Part shown: one piece after another, positions 1-9,151 of the stretch
How the letters are laid out: every line of letters starts with the position of its first letter
Numbering within the stretch: the first letter of the stretch is position 1
Assembly (NCBI GenBank): GCA_964389315.1
Contig: CAYMDJ010000002.1
Location: forward strand, 1-59,633
DNA: 59,633 nucleotides
Direction: 5' to 3'
From: an uncultured archaeon
Lineage (GTDB): Archaea; Aenigmatarchaeota; Aenigmatarchaeia; QMZP01
Translations under genes and position numbers: made by a program
Notes under the pieces: generated by a model
What the model was told of the DNA's origin: nothing
Databases searched by the model: none
The model's input: only the letters and a program-made list of their open reading frames with translations

Positions 1-155
1 TCAAGGACCTGCTCGAGGGGAAGATAATAGAGCAGGAAACCGTCTACAGGAAAGAGGACTATAAGAAGCTGCCGCAAATCAGAACGCAGCCAGGGCAGGC
101 TCCTCAGCAGGCAAGCCAGTATGGAAGCTATCCTCCGCAGAAGAAGAAAGGGTAA
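1..155 (+). CDS. 3' end of an unidentified CDS (5' part lies before the window)
   Basis: Frame 3 is open from the window edge to TAA at 153-155. The translated tail is ...KDLLEGKIIEQETVYRKEDYKKLPQIRTQPGQAPQQASQYGSYPPQKKKG, a Q/P/K-rich low-complexity end. No family recognised. Confidence 0.3.
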   Translation, partial: KDLLEGKIIEQETVYRKEDYKKLPQIRTQPGQAPQQASQYGSYPPQKKKG

Positions 156-195
156 TACTTTTAATAACAGGATACAAGTTCTATACGGATGGGAT

Positions 196-1071
196 ATGAA
201 GGTTGCAATCCTTGGCCCGGGAAAGAATGCCATCGGATACACGACAAAGAGGCTGCTTGAGGAGGCGAAGAATGCCAGGATGAAGGCAAGCCTCGTTCCA
301 ATCATAGACGTCAGGCTGGTGATAAAGAAGAAGCTTGACGCGGTTTATGAGAAGAAGAGCCTTTCTGATTTTGACTACATCCTTCCGAGGATTGATTCCA
401 AGAGGGCAAGGGTGGGCTATCCTGTGATGAGATTCCTTGACGAGATGGGTGTCATGAAGCCCTACAACGCAGAAACCGTGATGGTGGCACACAACAAATT
501 CATAACCCTGGAGAGGCTGGTATCGAAGGGGATAGAGGTTCCTGAAACATATATGACGGGGTCAAAAAGTTCAGCACTTTCGATAATAAGCAGGCATAAG
601 ATGCCGGTGATGCTCAAGCTCCTCTCAGGCTTCGGAGGGCAGGGTGTCATGTTGATGGAGAGCAAGGAGGCAGCAAGGTCTGCCATAGAAACCATGAGGG
701 TCCTGAAGCAGGAGATTCTCATCGAGAAATACCTCCCGAACCCGGGCGAGGACATGAGGGGCATAGTTGCCGGTGATGAGGTAATCGCCAGCTACAAGAG
801 GATTGCGGCAAAGGACGAGTCGCGCTCCAACATAAAGGCAGGGGGAAGAGGAGTGGCGTTCAAGCTCACCGGTGAGATGGAGGACATCTGCATCATGTCG
901 GCAAAGGCCATAGGGGCCAGGATATGTGCAGTGGACATGATAGATACGAAAGGAAAGATAAACGTCCTTGAGGTCAACATAAACCCCGGCCTTGAGGGTA
1001 TAGAGAAAGCAACCAACATAAACGTTGCCCAGAAGATTATCGATTTCGTGAAGTCAGAAGTAAAGGGGTAG
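196..1071 (+). CDS. RimK-family ATP-grasp ligase (alpha-L-glutamate-ligase-like)
   Basis: ORF 121-1071. I prefer the ATG at 196 (MKVAILGPG...) because a TATA-like CTTTTAATAA sits at ~158-168. The ~290-aa ATP-grasp layout is typical of RimK/LysX/MptN/CofF-type enzymes (LLSGFGGQGVMLMES glycine-rich loop, C-terminal LEVNINPGLEGIE motif). The substrate cannot be told from sequence. Confidence 0.75.
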   Translation: MKVAILGPGKNAIGYTTKRLLEEAKNARMKASLVPIIDVRLVIKKKLDAVYEKKSLSDFDYILPRIDSKRARVGYPVMRFLDEMGVMKPYNAETVMVAHNKFITLERLVSKGIEVPETYMTGSKSSALSIISRHKMPVMLKLLSGFGGQGVMLMESKEAARSAIETMRVLKQEILIEKYLPNPGEDMRGIVAGDEVIASYKRIAAKDESRSNIKAGGRGVAFKLTGEMEDICIMSAKAIGARICAVDMIDTKGKINVLEVNINPGLEGIEKATNINVAQKIIDFVKSEVKG

Positions 1072-2016
1072 CTAAAGGTTTTCCAGGAGGAGCTCGAAGT
1101 CCTCTGGGTTGACTATTGGTTTCTTGAACATCCTGGAATCCTCCCTTATCCTGGGGCAGGCGGTGTTTATCAGGGCATCTATTCCCATGCCCTCGAGCTG
1201 GGATGGAAGGAATTCGTTCGCGGCAAGGATGCACGCGGAGACCTTCTTCTTCCCGAGCCTCTTCTTCATCGAGATTGCTGCCTTTATCCCCATCTGCCCG
1301 GGCTTGGTGGACACCATGATTCCGAAGCTCTTTGCATGGGAGGCCTTTGCCACCTGGATCATCCTCATCTTCTCTGCGTTCCTCTTCTCGTTCCTCATGT
1401 CAGCGAGTTCTGTGGTCTCGTAATCGAGGAACAGGACGGGCTTCCTGACTGCCATCGCAAGGCCGACCGGGTGGAATGTCCCTGTTCCCAGGAAGAGGAA
1501 GCAGTCAACGACGCTCTCCAGGGGGACGGCCGCAGAGAAGTCGCAACCCAGGACCTGGCCGGGATATCTGGCAATGCTGGGGCTTCCCAGGAAGATTTTC
1601 TTTCCGTTAGCTTCGAGAAACCTCTTCGCCTTCGGGAGGCCGGAAAGATACTGGAGGGTCGTTACCAGGCAGAGCTTCTTGTACTCCTTCAGGCTGTTGA
1701 GGTGCCTCTTCAGGAGGGCAGTCGGGTCATAATCAATCCTGTATTCCTCGTAGATTACTGGAATCCTCGTCTTTATCCCATAGTCAGAGTGCCCGATGTG
1801 GACTATGAGATCGCAGCCGAGCATCCTTGCCTCGTCCTCCCTGAGGTCGCAGGCGCCGTAGCAGGGGGAGAGCGACAGGACGGTTTCTGTCCCTGACCTC
1901 TCAAGCATCATGCATAATCCGGTTGCCGCAGGCTTGAGACCCTCGGGGACCTGGACGAAGATTCTCCTCGGCTTCATTGCCCTCACCTTGCTCAGAACCC
2001 TTTCTGTTTCAATCAT
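1072..2016 (-). CDS. dph2: diphthamide synthesis radical-SAM enzyme Dph2 (2-(3-amino-3-carboxypropyl)histidine synthase)
   Basis: 314 aa, archaeal Dph2 size. It has three spaced Cys-containing motifs (SPCYGACD, VLGCDFS, INTACPRI) as in Dph2 [4Fe-4S] ligands. Its start overlaps the upstream gene stop as ATGA (2013-2016). Confidence 0.8.
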   Translation of the reverse strand: MIETERVLSKVRAMKPRRIFVQVPEGLKPAATGLCMMLERSGTETVLSLSPCYGACDLREDEARMLGCDLIVHIGHSDYGIKTRIPVIYEEYRIDYDPTALLKRHLNSLKEYKKLCLVTTLQYLSGLPKAKRFLEANGKKIFLGSPSIARYPGQVLGCDFSAAVPLESVVDCFLFLGTGTFHPVGLAMAVRKPVLFLDYETTELADMRNEKRNAEKMRMIQVAKASHAKSFGIMVSTKPGQMGIKAAISMKKRLGKKKVSACILAANEFLPSQLEGMGIDALINTACPRIREDSRMFKKPIVNPEDFELLLENL

Positions 2017-3245
2017 CTCTTCACTATCCTGACCTTCTTTATGGTCTTCTCATCAGAATCCTCGATTATTATCTTGACCTTCTTGAGGTGTATTATCTCT
2101 CCCTTCTTCGGTATCTCGCCTGTCCTCTTCTGTATTAGGCCCGCCATGGTATCGAACTCCTTATCCGGAAGGCCCAGGTCCATGTAATCATCCAGCATCT
2201 CCACGGTCACGCGGGCATCAACCAGCAGCTCCGAGGGGCTTATCCTCTTTATGTAGATGCTGGGCTTCTTGCTCTTGTCAAAGATGTCACCCACTATCTC
2301 CTCCATCACGTCATCCACGGTGACGAGGCCCTTAACATGGCCGAACTCGTCAACCACCACCGCGATGACCGTCCCCTTTGCCTCGAAATCATAGAGGAGG
2401 CTTGCTATCTCCTTGGTAGAGGGAACGAAGTAGGGCTTCCTGCTGATTCTCGAGATTTTCGTCTTCGTCTTGCCTGCCTTGAGCTTTGCCAGCATCTCGT
2501 CCACGTCCACTATTCCCACCACGTTGTCCTCATTATCCATGTATACAGGATACCTGGAATAGGGCGTCTTCACTACGAAGTCAATCACATCGCCTATCGT
2601 CCTGTTCCCGTCTATCATAAGCATCTCGTCCCTGTGCGTCATAACCTCGCCCACATGGGTCTTCTCGAACTTTATGAGGCTGTTCATCATCCCTGCTATC
2701 TCCCTCTTTATTATCCCCTGCTCTGCCCCCATGGTCACTATGGTCTTGAGCTCGTCCTCTGTGAGCTTTTCAGAACCCTTCTTCCCGAAGATTCTCATCA
2801 TGAGGTTGCTGAATGCCTCCAGGCTCCTCACTATGGGGAAGAGAATCTTGCTTATTATCTCGACCGTCCTTGCAACCCTGAGGGCTACCTTCTCTGAGTG
2901 GTGGGTGGAATAGGACTTCGGGGTTATCTCGCCGAACATCAGGACGAGCAGCGTCATTATGCCGGTCGCTATGCCAACGCCCGCGTCACCGAAAACCGAG
3001 GTAGCGACAGAGGTTGCAATGGCTGCCGCTGATATGTTGACTACGTTGTTCCCGACCAGTATGGTTACCAGGAGCCTCTCCGGGTTTGACTTTATCCTCT
3101 GCAGCGCTTCAGCGCCCCTCTTCTTCTGCCTCACCAGCGTCTTGACCTTTATGCTGCTTACCGACATGAGCGCAGTCTCTATGCCGGAGAAGAACGCAGA
3201 GAGGCACAGAAGTATCACAAGGGCTGCTATATGGACCTCAAGCAT
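2013..3245 (-). CDS. CNNM/CorC-type transporter (DUF21 membrane domain + CBS pair + CorC_HlyC domain)
   Basis: ORF 2013-3299. The ATG at 3243-3245 (MLEVHIAALVILLCLSAFFSGIETALMS...) gives the canonical DUF21 N-terminus. This is followed by hydrophobic helices, a tandem CBS region (VMTHRDEM...GIVDVDEM) and a C-terminal CorC_HlyC-like segment. The longer TTG-initiated form is less likely. Confidence 0.85.
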   Translation of the reverse strand: MLEVHIAALVILLCLSAFFSGIETALMSVSSIKVKTLVRQKKRGAEALQRIKSNPERLLVTILVGNNVVNISAAAIATSVATSVFGDAGVGIATGIMTLLVLMFGEITPKSYSTHHSEKVALRVARTVEIISKILFPIVRSLEAFSNLMMRIFGKKGSEKLTEDELKTIVTMGAEQGIIKREIAGMMNSLIKFEKTHVGEVMTHRDEMLMIDGNRTIGDVIDFVVKTPYSRYPVYMDNEDNVVGIVDVDEMLAKLKAGKTKTKISRISRKPYFVPSTKEIASLLYDFEAKGTVIAVVVDEFGHVKGLVTVDDVMEEIVGDIFDKSKKPSIYIKRISPSELLVDARVTVEMLDDYMDLGLPDKEFDTMAGLIQKRTGEIPKKGEIIHLKKVKIIIEDSDEKTIKKVRIVKR

Positions 3246-3349
3246 ACTATAATATTGTCTTCCGGGGTAATAATGCTTTTGGTCCGGTGGGTTGGGCAAT
3301 AAGCGTTGCCGGAAAGAATGCTTTTTAAATAGTTTCCTGCAACTTTCTA

Positions 3350-4621
3350 ATGATGTCTGATATTAAGGGTAAGAGTTCTGAGATAAGCGGGTTTCATAAG
3401 CTCAGTGTGGACGAGAAGCTCTCTGCCATAAAGGATTTTGCCGGCCTCGACGAGGAGGACCTGAAAATCCTCCGAAAGACCGGGAGCCTGGGGCTTGACG
3501 TTGCGACCAGGATGATAGAGAACGTGGTCGGGACGTTCGAGTTCCCCTTTGGCGTTGCAACGAACTTCAGGATAAACGGGAAGGACTATCTCATTCCGAT
3601 GGTAATCGAGGAGCCGAGCGTCGTGGCAGCTGCCTCGTATGCCGCGAAGCTGGCAAGGCCCAACGGATTCGAAGCAGAGACGGACGAGCCGGTGATGATA
3701 GGACAGGCCCAGATAGTGGACGTCCCGGACATGGAGAAGGCAAAGAGGGGGATAGAAGATAGGAAGGAAGAACTGATAGAACTCGCGAGGAAGCAGGACT
3801 CCATGCTTGAGAGGTTCGGCGGCGGGCCGAGAGGACTGGAGGTCAGGGAGATTGAGACTGATGCAGGAAGGATGCTTATTATTCACCTGCTGGTTGACGT
3901 GAGGGACGCAATGGGAGCCAACGCTGTCAACACCATGGTGGAGAAGATATCGCCCATGCTCGAGGAAATCACAGGGGGGAAGATGAGGCTCAGGATAATA
4001 TCGAACCTCGCAACCAAGCGCCTTGCCAGAGCCAGGGCGGTCTGGGGGAAGGACGTCCTGGGGGAGGATGTCATAGACGGGATAATACAGGCATACAATT
4101 TCGCGGTCAAGGACCCGTTCAGGTGCACCACGCACAACAAGGGAGTCATGAACGGGATAGACGCAGTCACCATAGCCACGGGCAACGATTTCCGTGCAGT
4201 GGAAGCGGGGATGCATTCCTACGCAGCGATTGACGGATACAAGCCGATAACGAAGTATGAGAAGGACAAGGGAGGGAACCTGGTCGGGAGCATAGAACTG
4301 CCGATAGCTGTAGGGACGGTTGGCGGGTGCACGAGGACCAATCCCGTAGCGAAGGTATCGCTGAAGATTCTCGGAGTGAAGACAGCGCAGGAACTCGCCG
4401 GCGTGATTGCTTCGGTCGGCCTTGCACAGAACTTTGCCGCCCTAAGGGCGCTCGCTACGGAAGGAATACAACGTGGGCACATGAAATTGCATGCCACTAA
4501 TCTTGCTATAGTGGGAGGAGCGACCGGTGAGATGGCCGAGAGGGTCGCGAAGAGGATGATAGAAGAAGGCGACGTCTCCGCCTCCAGAGCAGAGCAGCTC
4601 GTCAAGGAAATGGGCAAATAG
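3350..4621 (+). CDS. hmgA: HMG-CoA reductase, class II type
   Basis: 423 aa with no membrane domain. Motifs are IENVVGTFEFPFGVA, EEPSVVAA, DAMGANAVNTM and GTVGG, matching the length and layout of class II (MvaA-like) enzymes. A TATA-like TTTTTAAATA lies at 3323-3332. Confidence 0.9.
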   Translation: MMSDIKGKSSEISGFHKLSVDEKLSAIKDFAGLDEEDLKILRKTGSLGLDVATRMIENVVGTFEFPFGVATNFRINGKDYLIPMVIEEPSVVAAASYAAKLARPNGFEAETDEPVMIGQAQIVDVPDMEKAKRGIEDRKEELIELARKQDSMLERFGGGPRGLEVREIETDAGRMLIIHLLVDVRDAMGANAVNTMVEKISPMLEEITGGKMRLRIISNLATKRLARARAVWGKDVLGEDVIDGIIQAYNFAVKDPFRCTTHNKGVMNGIDAVTIATGNDFRAVEAGMHSYAAIDGYKPITKYEKDKGGNLVGSIELPIAVGTVGGCTRTNPVAKVSLKILGVKTAQELAGVIASVGLAQNFAALRALATEGIQRGHMKLHATNLAIVGGATGEMAERVAKRMIEEGDVSASRAEQLVKEMGK

Positions 4622-4669
4622 CCGACAACTTATATTATATACAATTATAGAATAGTTAACCGTGATTGC

Positions 4670-6016
4670 ATGGATTATTCGATATTCAGGGCATATGACA
4701 TAAGGGGCGTTTACGGGGAGAACCTGACAGATGGGATAATGGAGAATATAGGCAACCTCGTCTGCCAGCACGCAGAGAAGAAGGATTTCGTGGTGGCCAG
4801 GGACGGGAGGCTTTCCTCGCCAGCGCTCTCTGAGGCCTTGATAAGGGGTGTGAGGAAGGCAGGAGGGAACGTTGTTGATGTGGGAATAAACCCTCTCGGT
4901 AGCGGGTTCTTCCGTGCATGGAAGAGCGGGATGTTTTTTCTCTATGTAACGGGCTCCCACCTGGGAAAGGAGCACAACGGCGTCAAGCTCTTCCGCCCCA
5001 ATGGCGAGGGGTTCAGGGAAGAGGAGATAATGAGGATAAGGGACCTGTTCAAGGAGGGCAGGTTCGTTGAGAAGGGAAGGGGAAGGCTTGAGGTTGTGGA
5101 TAACAGGAAGGTCATCGGGGAGTATGTTGACTATCTCCTGTCACGGATAAGGCCGAAAAGGAAGATGAAAATTATTCTGGACTGCGGGAACGGCGCCGCC
5201 TCCCTGATTGCAGGGGAGCTGTTCGAGAGGGCGGGGTTCGAGGTAAAGGTCCTCTTTGGAGGGTTGGACGGGAACTTCCCCAACAGGCATCCTGACCAGA
5301 TGAAGGACCCTCTCAATGCCCTGAGGGAGAGCGTCAGGGAATATGAACTCGGTATAGCATACGACGGGGACGGGGACAGGATAACGCCTGTTGACGACAG
5401 GGGGAGGAAGCTCGAGCCAGAGCAGACTTCATACGTTATCCTGTCGGAGGTGCTCAAGAAAGAGAAGGGGCCTGTGATAGCCAACGTGGAGTGCACGAGG
5501 ATGCTGGATGACATAGCAGGAAGGTTCGGAAGGCGCGTGGAGAGGATAAAGGTCGGGCATACCTTCCTCACAGAGTTCACGCATAAGCTCAAGGGGGCGT
5601 TCGGGGTGGAGAGGTCAGGCCATTTCGTGCTTCCCTCATTGATTCCTTACGACGATTCGCTAGCCATATCCTATTACATGGCATGCATTCTATCGTCGCA
5701 GGACAAAAAGCTCTCGGAAATCATTGACGGGATAAAATCGTCCCCGTTTGACAGGGACGGCTTCGAGTGCCCTGACAGCGTGAAGTTCAGGGTCATAGAG
5801 AACCTCCAGGAGAGGTTCAGCAGGGAGTTTGACAACGTCAACACCCTAGACGGGGTGAGGGTCGACTTCCCGGACGGCTGGGTCCTGATAAGGGCGTCCA
5901 ACACCTCGCCCAAGATAAGGATAACCGTGGAGGCAGACAACGAGGAACGTCTCAGGGAAATAAAGGAGAGGTTCGGGAAGGAATTAAGGAAGGAGATAAG
6001 CTCATTAAAGGGGTAA
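4670..6016 (+). CDS. phosphomannomutase/phosphoglucomutase (alpha-D-phosphohexomutase family)
   Basis: N-terminal FRAYDIRG, a phosphoserine loop TGSHLGKEHNG (divergent from TxSHNPxxxNG), a metal loop DGDGDR and a sugar loop GVERSGH. There is an AT-rich TATA-like stretch at 4630-4651. Confidence 0.85.
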   Translation: MDYSIFRAYDIRGVYGENLTDGIMENIGNLVCQHAEKKDFVVARDGRLSSPALSEALIRGVRKAGGNVVDVGINPLGSGFFRAWKSGMFFLYVTGSHLGKEHNGVKLFRPNGEGFREEEIMRIRDLFKEGRFVEKGRGRLEVVDNRKVIGEYVDYLLSRIRPKRKMKIILDCGNGAASLIAGELFERAGFEVKVLFGGLDGNFPNRHPDQMKDPLNALRESVREYELGIAYDGDGDRITPVDDRGRKLEPEQTSYVILSEVLKKEKGPVIANVECTRMLDDIAGRFGRRVERIKVGHTFLTEFTHKLKGAFGVERSGHFVLPSLIPYDDSLAISYYMACILSSQDKKLSEIIDGIKSSPFDRDGFECPDSVKFRVIENLQERFSREFDNVNTLDGVRVDFPDGWVLIRASNTSPKIRITVEADNEERLREIKERFGKELRKEISSLKG

Positions 6017-6063
6017 GTATATAAACCCCTGTCACAATTATCTTAAGCGCAAAAGGTGGTTTC

Positions 6064-6333
6064 ATGGAGCTAACGGTCATTGAAAAGGGCAAGGATAAAT
6101 TGAAGGTAGAAGTCCAGGGGGAGACCCACACGCTGCTCAATGTCCTGAGGGAGAATGCATGGAAGGCCGGTGCGGGGCAGGCATCGTACATTATAGAGCA
6201 CCCTTATATGGCAAAGCCCAAGATAATAGTCAAGGCAAAGGACCCAAAGAAGATTCTCACTTCAGCAGCGCAGGCCATGTCAGACGATTCTAAGGCCTTT
6301 CTCACATCATTCAAGAGGGCGTGCAAAAGATAA
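6064..6333 (+). CDS. rpoL: DNA-directed RNA polymerase subunit L (Rpo11)
   Basis: 89 aa. The product MELTVIEKGKDKLKVEVQGETHTLLNVLRENAW...IEHPYMAKPKIIVK has the typical Rpo11/RpoL signature (GEDHTLxNxL-type plus HP). GGTGG lies 6 nt upstream of the ATG. Confidence 0.85.
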   Translation: MELTVIEKGKDKLKVEVQGETHTLLNVLRENAWKAGAGQASYIIEHPYMAKPKIIVKAKDPKKILTSAAQAMSDDSKAFLTSFKRACKR

Positions 6334-6344
6334 TTATTTAAATA
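6333..6344 (+). promoter_or_regulatory. TATA-like box upstream of aglB
   Basis: ATTATTTAAATA follows directly after the rpoL stop, ~30 nt before ATG 6373. Confidence 0.4.
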
Positions 6345-6372
6345 CCACTATTAAATAGTGACATGTGATTAT

Positions 6373-8697
6373 ATGCCTGGAAAGCTTTCTGGAAGGGTCA
6401 ACTTAAAGGAACTTGTAATGAAATACTGGTGGCTTGTAGCTTTAGTGCTCATAGTTTCCAGCGCGTTCTGGATAAGGTCGTTCCCCGCGAGGTTCGGGGA
6501 GCTGCAGGCACTTGACCCTTTCTTCTTCTACAGGACAGGCGAGCATGCCCTGCAGAACGGCCTGAGCGTGAATTATCATGACGACCTGAGATACTATCCC
6601 GATGGTGTGAACACATACCAGATAGAATACATGCTTCCCATATACCTTCCCATATTCGGTTATCTGTTGGTATCTTTCCTCGGTTCCCAGATGACGTTCC
6701 TGCAGTTCAGCATAATCTTCCCTGCAATAATGGGAGCTCTATCGATTGTCGTGGTGTATTTCCTCGGTAGGGAGCTCTTCCAGAGCAGGCTCGCAGGAAT
6801 CTCCTCGGCATTCTTCATGGCAGTGATACCAGCGGCAGTGACGAGAACCTCCGCAGGGTTCATCGAGAAGGAGCCCGTTGCCGCGATATTCATACCGCTC
6901 ACAGCATACTTCTTCGTGAGGGCATTCCGGAGGAAGTCACTGATTGACGGGGTCATGTCAGGTATCTCTCTCGCAATGCTCGGGATGTCATGGGGCGGCG
7001 TCCAGTATATATATGTCCTCTATGTCGGGTTCTTCGGTATCCTGTTCCTCACAGGAGGGATTCTCGTGCTCCTCAACTACCTGTTCGGGGGACTTGACAA
7101 GTGGATAAGCTCGATAGAGTCGTGCTATGACGAGAGGATTGTCTTCTCGTTCCTTCCGCTGATGCTCATAGGGATTCCTCTGCACTGGGTTTTCCCGCAC
7201 AGCATAACCACCAATGCGGTGGCTGTCCAGCTCTCGTTTGCCGTTGCAGGCGTTCTCGCAGGCAGGTATGGACTTGAGAGGTTCAAGCTGGTGAAATCAG
7301 AGCTCCTTCCCTATGTGATACCTGCGATAATGGTCATGGGTGTCGTTGGCCTGCTCACGGGCTCCATGTTCATAGACAGCCTCTCAAGAGGGGTTTCCGA
7401 ATTCACTGGCCTTATGACGTTCCAGAAGGGTGTCATAGGGACGACCGTAGCTGAGAACGCTCCCGGGGACTGGAATGCCATACAGTCAACGACAGGCAAC
7501 AGCTATTCGTCCGCTTACCTGCCTTATCTTTCTCCGGTGGCGTGGTTCTTCTCAGCAAGCCTGCTCATGATTCTCGGCATAGGCGCGATAATATACAGGG
7601 TGTGGAGAAGGAAGGACTGGATTCTCATCCTTCCTGCAATATGGTTCTTCACCAGCATATTCGCGGTCTTCTATTACGTCAGGCTGGTCTTCCTGATAGC
7701 GGTCCCTGCATCCCTCCTTTCCGGATTCTTTGCATACTGGGTAGTGGACAGGTCAAAAAGGACCGGGGCATATAAGCGAATGGCTGACGCAGGAAAGAGG
7801 TTCAATCCCATAGCAATAGTCCTGGCTGCGCTGGCAATCCTCCTGGTAATGACGAATTTTGCAAGCGCGTATGCATACGGCATAAACCTGGGTCCTTCGA
7901 TATGCTTCCCCAGGTATAATTCCAACAATCCGTTCGATGTCGAGCCCTGCATCACGTATGATGGGAACGGCAACGAGGTCTTTGCAGACAACCAGCCATG
8001 GTATGAGGCATTCGCGTTCTTCAGGGACCAGACCCCCGAGGACAGCGTCATCCTTTCATGGTGGGACTTCGGCCACTGGTTCCACGCGAGGGCCGAAAGA
8101 GCGTCGGTCGCTGACGGCGGTAACATCTTCGGCTCAACCATAAACGTCCCTATAGCCCAGTGGTACGTGGACGACGTCTCGAACTGGGGCGGGCACGAGG
8201 AATGGATAAAGAGCAGGGGGGTTACTCACATACTGATGGATTATACCCTTCCCGGAAAGTACGGGGCAATATCAAAGATTGCATCTAATGGCGAGCAGAT
8301 AATAGGATACCTCCAGATGAGCCAGTCGGGCGCTCAGCAGAGGGACAATGACACGATATATATATTCAGCAACGGACCCTATGAGCTGTGGCTTCCGATG
8401 GGACCGGATGGGGGGCTTTCAGGGACGCCCATGTTCCTCATCTCGCAGAACGGGCAGTATTACCAGAGGAGTTACGTGAACGACGTATGCACCAACCAGG
8501 GTATACTGACCGTCGGAAACCAGACACCATCAATGCCGGGTTGTGTGGGGCTAGCGGACTTCGGTGTGTTTTACGTCCCCCCGGAGGCAGAGAACTCTAT
8601 ATTCAACAGCCTTATGTTCCTTGACGGCAAGGGACTTCCCGTTAAGAAGGTCTTTGACAACAGATACATAAAGATTTACGAAGTGGAATACAGATAG
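6373..8697 (+). CDS. aglB: archaeal oligosaccharyltransferase AglB (STT3 family)
   Basis: The N-terminal half is multi-TM. The catalytic WWDYG-type motif reads WWDFGHW (DNA ~8056-8079), followed by a soluble C-terminal domain. The ORF track starts at GTG 6358; ATG 6373 or ATG 6418 (MKYWWLVAL...) are more likely, so the start is uncertain. Confidence 0.9.
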   Translation: MPGKLSGRVNLKELVMKYWWLVALVLIVSSAFWIRSFPARFGELQALDPFFFYRTGEHALQNGLSVNYHDDLRYYPDGVNTYQIEYMLPIYLPIFGYLLVSFLGSQMTFLQFSIIFPAIMGALSIVVVYFLGRELFQSRLAGISSAFFMAVIPAAVTRTSAGFIEKEPVAAIFIPLTAYFFVRAFRRKSLIDGVMSGISLAMLGMSWGGVQYIYVLYVGFFGILFLTGGILVLLNYLFGGLDKWISSIESCYDERIVFSFLPLMLIGIPLHWVFPHSITTNAVAVQLSFAVAGVLAGRYGLERFKLVKSELLPYVIPAIMVMGVVGLLTGSMFIDSLSRGVSEFTGLMTFQKGVIGTTVAENAPGDWNAIQSTTGNSYSSAYLPYLSPVAWFFSASLLMILGIGAIIYRVWRRKDWILILPAIWFFTSIFAVFYYVRLVFLIAVPASLLSGFFAYWVVDRSKRTGAYKRMADAGKRFNPIAIVLAALAILLVMTNFASAYAYGINLGPSICFPRYNSNNPFDVEPCITYDGNGNEVFADNQPWYEAFAFFRDQTPEDSVILSWWDFGHWFHARAERASVADGGNIFGSTINVPIAQWYVDDVSNWGGHEEWIKSRGVTHILMDYTLPGKYGAISKIASNGEQIIGYLQMSQSGAQQRDNDTIYIFSNGPYELWLPMGPDGGLSGTPMFLISQNGQYYQRSYVNDVCTNQGILTVGNQTPSMPGCVGLADFGVFYVPPEAENSIFNSLMFLDGKGLPVKKVFDNRYIKIYEVEYR

Positions 8698-8702
8698 TTG
8701 TT

Positions 8703-9149
8703 TTATTCCTTTTCTCCCATGAACCCGCCCTTCTTGTAGGCAGCATAGAATATCATTAGCAGGAGGATTCCTGCCACGATGAAGACCGAATTCTCTGAAG
8801 AGAGCCAGGGAACGTAGCTCTCCACGAAGTCCTGCTGGCTCGAGACGAAGACCAGGACGAGGGCCGCTATCACCGCAACAAGGGAAAAATCGACCTTCTT
8901 GTCCTCTCCCCTGAAGACGTTGAGTATGAAGCCCAGGACGAAAAAGATAACGAACAGGATTGCAGCGTAGGGGAGGATGTCCATGACAAAGACCGTCACT
9001 GCCTCTGATGTGAGTGTAACGGCGGCTATGGCGAGGGATATCAGTCCCTTGACAGAGGACTTCCTGAATACGTTGGATACCTCCAGCGACCCATACACCA
9101 CTGCCAGGACGAAGAAGAACGGAATCGCAATCTCAACGAACGTTGCCAT
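8703..9149 (-). CDS. small integral membrane protein (about 4 TM), unknown function
   Basis: 148 aa with four long hydrophobic segments. It lies 2 nt downstream of the preceding minus-strand gene, so it is probably co-transcribed. No family recognised. Confidence 0.55.
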   Translation of the reverse strand: MATFVEIAIPFFFVLAVVYGSLEVSNVFRKSSVKGLISLAIAAVTLTSEAVTVFVMDILPYAAILFVIFFVLGFILNVFRGEDKKVDFSLVAVIAALVLVFVSSQQDFVESYVPWLSSENSVFIVAGILLLMIFYAAYKKGGFMGEKE

Positions 9150-9151
9150 GA

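Noticed and set aside
121-195. N-terminal extensions implied by the longest-ORF track (121, 3299, 6358, 10047, 14337, 14381, 15190, 27974, 30010, 34652)
   Set aside because: Most begin at GTG/TTG, or overlap upstream genes, promoters or hairpins. Downstream ATGs give canonical family N-termini (for example MKVAILG, MLEVHIAAL, MLKYWRVW, MTRIIGIVSGKGG). The starts remain predictions.
3347-4216. A 289-aa minus-strand ORF opposite hmgA (and similar ORFs opposite dph2 at 1336-1896, CorC at 2337-2897, ppsA at 18341-19228, and the giant genes at 43749-44147 and 55393-56028)
   Set aside because: The sense strands carry strong, motif-supported family signatures. The antisense translations are H/R/P/V-rich with no motifs.
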